DNA of 64,000 nt. It comes from an uncultured Gemmatimonadales bacterium. Its GTDB lineage: Bacteria; Gemmatimonadota; Gemmatimonadetes; Gemmatimonadales; Gemmatimonadaceae. Shown in pieces: positions 41,637 to 49,831 of the stretch. Made by a program: the position numbers and the translations under genes. The notes beneath the pieces were generated by a model. It had not been told where the DNA came from and did not search any database. It was given only the letters and a program-made list of their open reading frames with translations. The stretch lies in NCBI GenBank assembly GCA_963701965.1, contig OY969695.1, positions 736,001 through 800,000 of the forward strand. Reading direction: 5' to 3'. Position 1 is the stretch's first letter; each line of letters starts with the position of its first letter.

Positions 41637-42962
41637 ATGCCTTATCGACGCGGGAGTCGTGAGACCTGGTCGTTCATGGCCGCGACGCGGACGGGGCGCA
41701 AGCAGCTCTCGAGCGGGTCGCAGAGCAAGAGTCAAGCGACACGCATCGAGAGCATGTGGCACATCCTTGCGGATGAGCACCGTGCCTGGGACCTGCTAGA
41801 TCCCGTCCTCGACGGTGAGACCTCGGTAGAGACCCTATACGACGCGTGGCAGGATACGCGGCACGACCTTGGCGAGATGCGTCGGCGCTTGGCGGACGTT
41901 GATATCGTACCACTCGTCGAGGAGTACCTTGCACACTACGGCGGTCTCGGCAAGCACGACACGTCAGCCGACAAAATCCGCTCCCACCTTCGGTGGTTAT
42001 TCCCGGTCGGATCCACGCGCAAGCGCACAACCGTCACGCCAGCCTCGCTGACTGCGAAACTCGGTGAGTACGCCGGCATTCCGCGGGCAGGCCAGAAGCT
42101 TCTGCCGCCAATCACGCCAGGTACGCGGCGGCGCGTCCACAGCGCGTGGAGCGGATTCTTCGCGTATCTCGCCAGTCCACAAGTCAGCACCGGACCGCTG
42201 TTCGCCACGAATCTGATGGATGCCGTGACTCGCCCCAAGGCGGCCACACCGCCCATCCGCTTCTATGAACTGCGCGAGATCCTGCTGCTGCTCGACCAGG
42301 CGCCTTCGTCTGACATGCGCGCCCTCTGGGCGCTCCTCTACGCCACCTCGATCGACATCTCCACCGCAATCCAGCTGCGACGGCAGGACTTTGACGAGCT
42401 CCGACGCGAAGTGCGCGCGCCAGGCACCAAGGCACACGCCCGCGATCGGATCTGCCGAGTCGCGGACTGGGCGTGGGAGATCGTTGCAGAGTTCCTGGCC
42501 GACAAAGCGCTCGGAGATCTCCTCTGGCCCGGATGGAATCAATGGACACCGACCGACGCCCACCGAGTCGCAACTAAGGCCGCCAAGCTTCGGCCCCTGC
42601 TGCCCCTCCGGTGCTCACGGCACTCGTGGGCCGTCCGAGCGGCGAAAGCGGGAACCCCAATCGCCATCATCGTTGCCCAGCTCGGACACGGCAGTCCCCA
42701 GCTCGCGTTGACGCGGTACGGGCGGTTCATGCCACAAGCCGTCGACCGAGACCGGTGGGAGAAGCAAGCGGCGGAACGCGACGCAGAAGCAATGCATCGC
42801 GCGAAAAACGTGCAGGCTGCCGTCCAATCTGCCGTCCACAGGGACGAACACCCAAAAAACACAAAACCGCATCGCGCGCAACTCATTGCGGCAATGCGGT
42901 TTCGGAATAGCAGGGGCGGGACTCGAACCCGCGACCCCGGCATTATGAGTGCCGTGCTCTAA
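41637..42962 (+). CDS. Tyrosine integrase of element A, 3' end overlapping att/tRNA
   Basis: GTKAHARDR, RCSRHSWA, QLGH, RYGRF. Confidence 0.88.
   Translation: MPYRRGSRETWSFMAATRTGRKQLSSGSQSKSQATRIESMWHILADEHRAWDLLDPVLDGETSVETLYDAWQDTRHDLGEMRRRLADVDIVPLVEEYLAHYGGLGKHDTSADKIRSHLRWLFPVGSTRKRTTVTPASLTAKLGEYAGIPRAGQKLLPPITPGTRRRVHSAWSGFFAYLASPQVSTGPLFATNLMDAVTRPKAATPPIRFYELREILLLLDQAPSSDMRALWALLYATSIDISTAIQLRRQDFDELRREVRAPGTKAHARDRICRVADWAWEIVAEFLADKALGDLLWPGWNQWTPTDAHRVATKAAKLRPLLPLRCSRHSWAVRAAKAGTPIAIIVAQLGHGSPQLALTRYGRFMPQAVDRDRWEKQAAERDAEAMHRAKNVQAAVQSAVHRDEHPKNTKPHRAQLIAAMRFRNSRGGTRTRDPGIMSAVL
42817..42839. repeat. Arm-type repeat of element A (right)
   Basis: CTGCCGTCCA twice at 12-bp period. 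Confidence 0.85.
42855..42902 (-). terminator. Element-supplied terminator downstream of tRNA
   Basis: AAACCGCAT/ATGCGGTTT stem plus T-tract on minus strand. Confidence 0.6.
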
Positions 42963-42981
42963 CCAGCTGAGCTACCCTGCC
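42908..42981 (-). tRNA. tRNA with CAT anticodon (probably elongator Met; Ile2 not excluded)
   Basis: GGCAGGG-TAGCTCAGCTGGTTAGAGC-CGGCA CTCATAA TGCCG-..GGTTCGAGTCC-CCCTGCT-A; CCA not encoded. Confidence 0.95.
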
Positions 42982-43897
42982 AATGTTGATCCCATTGAAC
43001 TTAGCCGGTCGACCTGCAACCTCAATTACCCGAGCGTCGCCGCAGTCGGTACATGTTCAGGACGAAAAAATAGCGCTGGTATGGCCAAGCTGTCGACCGA
43101 TGGTCTCGGCCTGGGCGCAGCCGCACCGCGTGGCGGTGGCGACGGTCGCCAATCTGGTTTTCGCGGTCGTCTCGACGCTGGTGTCCGAAGCACGAATTTC
43201 ACCGGCTAACACCACGCGGAACCCTGGCGAACCCCGCCGCGGGAATCCAGTATGTGTATCAGTTCACCGCCACCAGTGGGGTCTTCATGGAGTGGTTTCG
43301 CGCCTTGGTTGCTTCGCACCAATCCTTCGCCGGCGGCATCGGGCTTGCCATCGCCTGCGCCTCGCGTGGTTCCGCATTCGCGCCTTTTGGCAACGTTCCC
43401 GTCCTGGCCGCCGACTATGATGGCATGGGTCGGCACCGTATCTTCCGACCGTAACCGCGGAGTGGATGCCCACGGGATGCCGAGACGGCGGGTTCGATTC
43501 CCGCGTACTACCCTGGGTCTCGGTGCTATGTGCTGGGTTCGAGTCCCGGGCGGTTACATCGGCAGTACGACGTCCCACCCTCTTGCCCGCCCCGCGCGAG
43601 CGGCAGTATACACAGCCCCATGACCCGCCCCCTCGCCCCACCACGGACACCAGCCACCGCCTAGGCCTTTACTGCATTGCACGAAGGCGCCCGCGAGATC
43701 TGCTCGCGGACGCTTTTTTTCATCCCCGGAGACTTGAACCGTATGAGCACCCCCGTACACGTCGGCTCTCGCCCGACGTCTGCGCCGTCGGCGCCATCGG
43801 CGAGATCGTGATCGCCGTCATCACGCTGGGGCTCGTCTATGGCGCGGACCGCGTCGTCGGGCTGTGAGCCGGTGCCGGCACCGGTACCTTTCGTGCG

Positions 43898-45388
43898 ATG
43901 CCCAACGCGCCGGAAGAGACTTTCGACCCGCGAAACGCCCAGGAATGGGCCGAGTTCGGCGCGCTCGCCCATCGCATGGTCGATGACATGCTGGCGCACC
44001 TGGCGAGCCTCGGCGAACAACCCGCCTGGCGGATGATGCCCGCCAACGTGCGCGCCGCGCTGCGGGAACCCGTGCCCCGCGCGGGCGTCGGCGCCGAGGC
44101 GGCGTACGAACACTTCGTCGAGCGCGTCCTCCCCTACCCCAACGGCAATCTCCACCCGCGGTTCTTTGGATGGGTGCAAGGGAACGGCACCCCGCTCGGC
44201 ATGATGGCCGACATGCTGGCCGCCGGCCTCAATCCCCACATGGCCGGGTTCGACCAAGCGCCGGCCTTGGTCGAGCAACAAGTCGTCGACTGGCTCGCCG
44301 AGCTGCTCGACGTCCCGGGCGCCAGCGGCGTCCTCGTTGGCGGCGGCACCATGGCCAACACCCTCGGGCTCGCGGTCGCCCGGGCCGCCAAAGCGAAAGC
44401 CCACGGCATCAATGTGCGGGAGACCGGCGTGCAAGCGTGGCCCGGCCAGCCCGTGCCCAAGCCACTCGTGTTCTATGGCTCGGTCGAAACCCACGGATGG
44501 GCACGGAAAGCCGCGGAGCTCGTGGGACTGGGGAGCCGCGCGTTCCGGCGGATCGGCGTCGATCGCGAGTACCGCATCGAGATGACCGAGTTGGCGGCCG
44601 CCGTGACCGCCGACCGGGCCCAGGGCCTGGAGCCGTTCTGCGTCGTCGGCACGGCCGGCACCGTGGGCACGGGCGCGACGGACGACCTCGAGGCACTGGC
44701 CGCATTCTGCCAGCGCGAGCAGCTCTGGTTCCACGTCGACGGCGCGTTCGGCGCCATGGCGTACCTGTCGCCCGCGCTGCGGCCCCAGGTGCGTGGACTC
44801 GAACGCGCCGACTCGATCGCGTTCGATCTCCACAAGTGGGGCTCCCTCCCCTTCGAATGCGCCTGCGTCCTCGTGCGCGACCCGGCGCACCACCGCGCGG
44901 CGTTCGCCTACGACATCGCGTCCGCCCAGTACCTCGCCACGCAAACCCGGGGCGTCATCGCCGGCGGCATCCCCTTCGCCGAACGCGGGCTCGATCTCAC
45001 GCGCAACTTCAAGGCGCTCAAAGTCTGGCTCTCGTTCAAGGCGCACGGCGTCGACAAGCTCGTGCGCCTGATCGAGCAGAATGTGGCCCAGACCCGGTAT
45101 CTCGTCGATCGCGTCCGCGAAGAGCCCACGCTGGAGCTGCTGGCGCCGGCGCCGCTCAACATCGCATGCTTTCGCTATGCGCCGGCCGGTGCGAGCGAAC
45201 AGGCGCTCAATGCGCTCAACGCCGAAATCCTGGTGCGGCTACAGGAAGAAGGGATCGCGATCCCGTCCAGTACGATGCTCGGCGACCGGTTCGCCATCCG
45301 CGCCGCCAACGTGAATCACCGCACACGCCAGCACGATCTCGACGCGCTCGTCGACGGTACCATCCGCCTGGGGAAGGCCATCGCGTAG
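43898..45388 (+). CDS. Group II PLP-dependent decarboxylase
   Basis: HPRFFGW, WFHVDGAFG, ADSIAFDLHKW. Confidence 0.92.
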   Translation: MPNAPEETFDPRNAQEWAEFGALAHRMVDDMLAHLASLGEQPAWRMMPANVRAALREPVPRAGVGAEAAYEHFVERVLPYPNGNLHPRFFGWVQGNGTPLGMMADMLAAGLNPHMAGFDQAPALVEQQVVDWLAELLDVPGASGVLVGGGTMANTLGLAVARAAKAKAHGINVRETGVQAWPGQPVPKPLVFYGSVETHGWARKAAELVGLGSRAFRRIGVDREYRIEMTELAAAVTADRAQGLEPFCVVGTAGTVGTGATDDLEALAAFCQREQLWFHVDGAFGAMAYLSPALRPQVRGLERADSIAFDLHKWGSLPFECACVLVRDPAHHRAAFAYDIASAQYLATQTRGVIAGGIPFAERGLDLTRNFKALKVWLSFKAHGVDKLVRLIEQNVAQTRYLVDRVREEPTLELLAPAPLNIACFRYAPAGASEQALNALNAEILVRLQEEGIAIPSSTMLGDRFAIRAANVNHRTRQHDLDALVDGTIRLGKAIA

Positions 45389-45495
45389 GGGCTACTCCGT
45401 CAAGTGGTCATCTGAGTTCTCGACTTTTCAGCGATGTGAGATGACCACTCGACATCATGGCACGAAAAAGATGTGTGAAGCGCCGGGTGACCTCC

Positions 45496-46084
45496 CTAGG
45501 CTCCGGATTTCCCTGTCGGCGAAAATGGCACGAGCATCGGCACGCGACGCCGATAGGCGTCGTAGGCCGCGGGGCCGAGCTGCGTACGCAGCCAGCGCTC
45601 CTCGAGGCTCGCCTTCATCCAGAGGCCAATGGTGACCAGCACACCCCCCGCGATCCCCAGCACCGTGCCTTTGGCGGCGACGGTCGCCCAGAATGGCGAG
45701 CAAAATTCCCGTGTAGATCGGGTGACGCACGATCCCATACGGGCCCGTCTCGACCACGCGGTGATCGGCCTTGGTCGTGATCTGTCCGGACCAGAGCGTC
45801 CCGAGATGGATCCGCGCCCACCAGGCAAAGGCGAATCCCAGCGCCATGAGTCCCACGCACGCCCACGCTTCCGCGCGCGTCAGGAGCCAGAGACGGAGCG
45901 GCCCGTAATACCCGCGGGCCGGAACAAACAGCACGAGCGTCCCCGCTGTGAGCACCAGCCGGTAGGGCGTCTCGGCGCCCGCGCCGACACTCTTCTCGGG
46001 CTTCGTCGCCCAAAATGCCGCGGCCGCCCACGACACCACCCAGCCCATCCACAGCCCCGTGATCGCCAACCCCACGCGTATCAT
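45496..46084 (-). CDS. ICMT-family membrane methyltransferase (frameshift near 45690)
   Basis: WARIHLG..W, GPYGIVRHPIYTG; KASLEERWL..YRRRVPML in next frame. Confidence 0.85.
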
Positions 46085-46192
46085 TCCGCCTCCTCGCCTG
46101 CGCGAATGGTACGCAAAGCAGCTCAGACTCGCTGGTGGAAATGACCTGGATGGGAACACGATCGAGCGCTGGCCGCCGCTGTCCGACGAGCC

Positions 46193-47050
46193 CTAGAACT
46201 TCGGCGCCGCCTGCTGGCCAGCCTTCTGGATTTGTTTCTGTTGGGCCACTGCCGCCGCGGCGTGCACGTATTTCGAGGTCGCGACGTAGTCCCGCAGGTC
46301 CTCGGCGCTCTCGATCATCTCCAGCGTAAACCCTTGCGCCAGTTGATTCGCGTGCTCCGGCGCCGAGTCAATGCCACCGACCCAGACGACCACCGGGTAC
46401 GGCGTCATCGACAAGAGTTGGGTCATGCGCAGCGGCGTAATCGGCTCGCCGACGGTCAGGGCGGTGACGGGCGCGGGGGGATTCTGGGTCCCCGGCGTCC
46501 CCGACCCGTACGAATTGAAGTTCGTCGTCAGGTATCCATTCGGCGCCGCCGGGCGACCCTGCTCGTCGAGCACCCATGACATGGGTCGCTTGACGACGTT
46601 CACGGGCGCCTCCTGACCGTATTTCTGCCGCACGGAGCTGACGAGATTCGCCATCGTGGTCGGCTGAGTCATGTTGACCACCCGCGTGATCCGCACGACC
46701 ACCTGCGGGTTCGGCGGCGAGTTGAACCACACGCGGATCTCATCGCCCAACCCACCAGGGCCGGGCTTGTCCGCCTGAATGTTGGTCATCCAGGCCGGAT
46801 CGTTGGTGTCCTGGAACTTCGCGTAGTATGCCACAAGTCTGTTGTCGGCGCCGGCATAGTTGCTCCTGACGAGCGCCACGGCCTGCGCCGCCGGCATCCC
46901 GAGATGGATCCCTAGAACGTCTGGCAACTTCGCGGCATCCGCTCGACCCGAGGCGAATGCCGTGGCGATCGCCGTCTGGGACGTCGGTTGCGCCCACGCG
47001 AGCGGCGCCGCGCCGATGATGAACGACGCGAGGAGAGTGAATATGCGCAT
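46193..47050 (-). CDS. Exported hypothetical protein
   Basis: Signal peptide ending AWA; DVLGIHLGM motif. Confidence 0.7.
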   Translation of the reverse strand: MRIFTLLASFIIGAAPLAWAQPTSQTAIATAFASGRADAAKLPDVLGIHLGMPAAQAVALVRSNYAGADNRLVAYYAKFQDTNDPAWMTNIQADKPGPGGLGDEIRVWFNSPPNPQVVVRITRVVNMTQPTTMANLVSSVRQKYGQEAPVNVVKRPMSWVLDEQGRPAAPNGYLTTNFNSYGSGTPGTQNPPAPVTALTVGEPITPLRMTQLLSMTPYPVVVWVGGIDSAPEHANQLAQGFTLEMIESAEDLRDYVATSKYVHAAAAVAQQKQIQKAGQQAAPKF

Positions 47051-47214
47051 GGTATAGAGATCCGTCCTCTGTGCGTGGGATGTGCAGGCGGGCCGATGTC
47101 CGGCCCACTCCCCAATGCGCAAACTCTTGCTACGAACCGTCACGCCGGGCACCATTGCCATCTAGCGCCGGGGACAATGGCGGCTATCTTCCCGGCTCCA
47201 ACGCCGAGGACGCC

Positions 47215-47874
47215 ATGGGAACCGTGATCCCGCTGAACAATGCGACCCGCCGGCCGGTCAACATGCCGGTCGTGACCATCGGCCTCATCATCGCGAACTT
47301 CGTCGTCTTCGCCCTGGAGCTCATCGGCGGCGACGCCTTCGTCCTCAAATGGTCGGCGATCCCCAGCCACATCTCCGCGGGGCAAGACCTGATCACGCTG
47401 TTCACCGCCATGTTCCTGCACGGCGGTTGGTCGCACATCCTCGGCAACATGGTGTTCTTCTGGGCGTTCGGCCCCGAGATCGAAGACGCCATGGGTCCGC
47501 GCAAATACCTGGCGTTCTACCTGCTCGGCGGATTGGTAGCCATGAGCGCCCAAGTAGCCATCGACCCTCGCTCCACCGTCCCGAATCTCGGCGCCAGTGG
47601 CGCGATCGCCGCGGTCATGGGCGCGTTTCTCGTGACGTACCCGAAAGACCGCATCCGCTCGATCCTGGTCATCATCGTCTTCGTCCGCGTCACGGCCATC
47701 CCCGCCGCGCTCCTCATCGGCGTGTGGTTCCTCACGCAACTCGTGAACGTCGGATCGGTCGCGGCGACGCAGCAGGGTGGCGTGGCGTACGTCGCCCACG
47801 TCGCAGGCGTCGTCTTCGGCATGGCCACCGCCCGGCTCTTCGAACGACGATCGCGCGAGACGGACGCCGGTTAG
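47215..47874 (+). CDS. Rhomboid intramembrane serine protease
   Basis: FLHGGWSHILGNM, GASG, AHVAG. Confidence 0.93.
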   Translation: MGTVIPLNNATRRPVNMPVVTIGLIIANFVVFALELIGGDAFVLKWSAIPSHISAGQDLITLFTAMFLHGGWSHILGNMVFFWAFGPEIEDAMGPRKYLAFYLLGGLVAMSAQVAIDPRSTVPNLGASGAIAAVMGAFLVTYPKDRIRSILVIIVFVRVTAIPAALLIGVWFLTQLVNVGSVAATQQGGVAYVAHVAGVVFGMATARLFERRSRETDAG

Positions 47875-48177
47875 AACGCCTTTCTTCCCAAGCACCCGCA
47901 TATCGACAAAGCCGCTCGGCCTGGTGATCCCGTCGCTCCTGCTGGGCGCCGCCAGGCTCTGGAGCCAACCCGCGCATCTCCCGCCGTTGTTGGTCGAATG
48001 CGAAACGGGTCCCGGCTTCAGCGGGCACTGGACCGGGACGGCCGTGAACGCCGGCACGATGACGGCGCGCTTCGGCGGCCCTTCCAACCCGGGCACCTGG
48101 ACCGGGACGCCGACGCTGACACCGGTGCAACACGGGATCGACACGTTGGTGACCTGCGCCCTTATCTTGCTGGGGTG

Positions 48178-48951
48178 ATGGGTCTCGGCCACGTCTTCAG
48201 CGGAGCGCCCACATACGTCCGGCGGTTCGGCGTACTGGGCGGCATATTCGTCGGCATCCAGACGCTCGGTCCGCGTCTCCGCCGCCGCAACACGCGCACA
48301 TCGATCCGGGTACCCGGCCTTCGCGGCCGGCTGCTGCTCCGCGCCAGGACGTCAGACCTGCGCGCGTTCCAGCAGATATTCGTCGACGGCGACCACGACC
48401 TCACCCTGCCCGATGAACCCAAGGTCATCGTCGATGCCGGCGCCAACGTGGGATTCGCGAGTGTCGCGTTCGCGTCACGGTTTCCCCGCGCGCAGATAGT
48501 GGCGCTGGAGGTGGACGCCGGCAACTACGCGATGCTCTGTCAAAACGTAGCCGCGTACCCCAACGTGCACCCGGTGCACGCGGGGCTCTGGAGCCACCAG
48601 GCGCAGCTCAAGATCGACAACCCCTCCGACGAAGCGTGGGCGTTCCGGGTGAGCCCCACGGAGACAAGCAGCCCGTCGACCGAGAGCATCCCCGCGCTGG
48701 GCGTCCTCGATGTCTGTCGCCTGGCGGGCGTGGAAACGATCGACATTCTCAAGATCGACATCGAGGGCGCCGAACTCGATGTCTTCTCCCGCGATGTCGA
48801 GACGTGGATCGACCGCGTGCAGGTCATCATGATCGAGCTCCACGACCATCTCCGCCCCGGGTGCGGCGCCGCGCTCGACGCCGCGACGGCAGGTCGGTTC
48901 GCGGCTCGCCACCAGCAGGGCGAGTACCACTTTTTGACCCGCTCCGGCTAG
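48178..48951 (+). CDS. FkbM-family methyltransferase
   Basis: VDAGANVG, LKIDIEGAE. Confidence 0.9.
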   Translation: MGLGHVFSGAPTYVRRFGVLGGIFVGIQTLGPRLRRRNTRTSIRVPGLRGRLLLRARTSDLRAFQQIFVDGDHDLTLPDEPKVIVDAGANVGFASVAFASRFPRAQIVALEVDAGNYAMLCQNVAAYPNVHPVHAGLWSHQAQLKIDNPSDEAWAFRVSPTETSSPSTESIPALGVLDVCRLAGVETIDILKIDIEGAELDVFSRDVETWIDRVQVIMIELHDHLRPGCGAALDAATAGRFAARHQQGEYHFLTRSG

Positions 48952-49724
48952 GTCTGCTGCGCGGCCTCGGCGATGCGCACGACGTTGACGGTCGTCGTAA
49001 TGGCGCCACCGCTGGCATTGATCGTCTGACCAGTGACCCATGCCGCGTCGTCGGACGCCAGAAAGGCGACCACGGGCGCAATGTCCTCGGGTCTTCCGAA
49101 CCGGCCGAGGGGAATGGTGCGCGCCACGAGCGATCGCGTGGCCGCGGGAAACGAGTCGTACATGTCGGTCGCGGTCGGACCCGGTGCCACCGCGTTGACC
49201 GTGATGCCACGGGGCCCGAGCTCGGTCGCGTGACTGCGCGTCAGTGACTCGACGGCGGCTTTGGTGGCCGCATACACCGACGCGCCGCCGTTCGGCATGC
49301 TGCCGGCGATCGAGCTGATATTGATGACGCGGCCGACCCCGCTCTGCGTGACGGCCGCAAACTCGCGCGTCGCGAGAATCACCGCGCGGACATTGATCGC
49401 GAACATCCGGTCGATCGCATCGGCGCCGAGCGCATCCACGGCGCCGACCGCGAGCGCGCCCGCATTGTTGACGAGGATATCGAGCGCCCCAAATGCGTCG
49501 AACGCCGCGCGGACGAGCTCGGCCGGTGCCGTCGGGGACGCGAGTTCGGCTTGCAACACGCGCGCTCCGGCGATCTCCCGCGCCAGGGCGTCCGCCGGGG
49601 CGCGCTGCGCGCTGTAGTGGATGACCACTGACGCCCCATCGTTTGCGAGCTGTCTCGCGATCGCGGCGCCGATGCCGCGCAATGAGCCCGTCACGAGCGC
49701 CACGCGCCCCTCGAGTTTCCTCAT
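48948..49724 (-). CDS. SDR oxidoreductase
   Basis: TGSLRGIG, NNAG, YAATK. Confidence 0.93.
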   Translation of the reverse strand: MRKLEGRVALVTGSLRGIGAAIARQLANDGASVVIHYSAQRAPADALAREIAGARVLQAELASPTAPAELVRAAFDAFGALDILVNNAGALAVGAVDALGADAIDRMFAINVRAVILATREFAAVTQSGVGRVINISSIAGSMPNGGASVYAATKAAVESLTRSHATELGPRGITVNAVAPGPTATDMYDSFPAATRSLVARTIPLGRFGRPEDIAPVVAFLASDDAAWVTGQTINASGGAITTTVNVVRIAEAAQQT

Positions 49725-49831
49725 ATGGTCATCTGTCCGGCCGCCGACAAACTGGTTCCAACAACGCTCGCCTTGACAGCGCAACGGGTTGGTCATAGTA
49801 CACGGCGACGCTGAGCTCGCCGTGTACTTCC

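Larger units (their letters stand above)
31391..42949. mobile_element. Integrative element A (about 11.5 kb) at tRNA-Met
   Basis: Flanking 44-bp repeats, matching arm repeats, xis-int next to tRNA. Confidence 0.9.

Noticed and set aside
43132..43510. tmRNA or tRNA (GGCGGTG..CACCGCCACCA pairing, T-arm)
   Set aside because: No T-arm before the CCA, no tag peptide, and no acceptor stem around the later T-arms.
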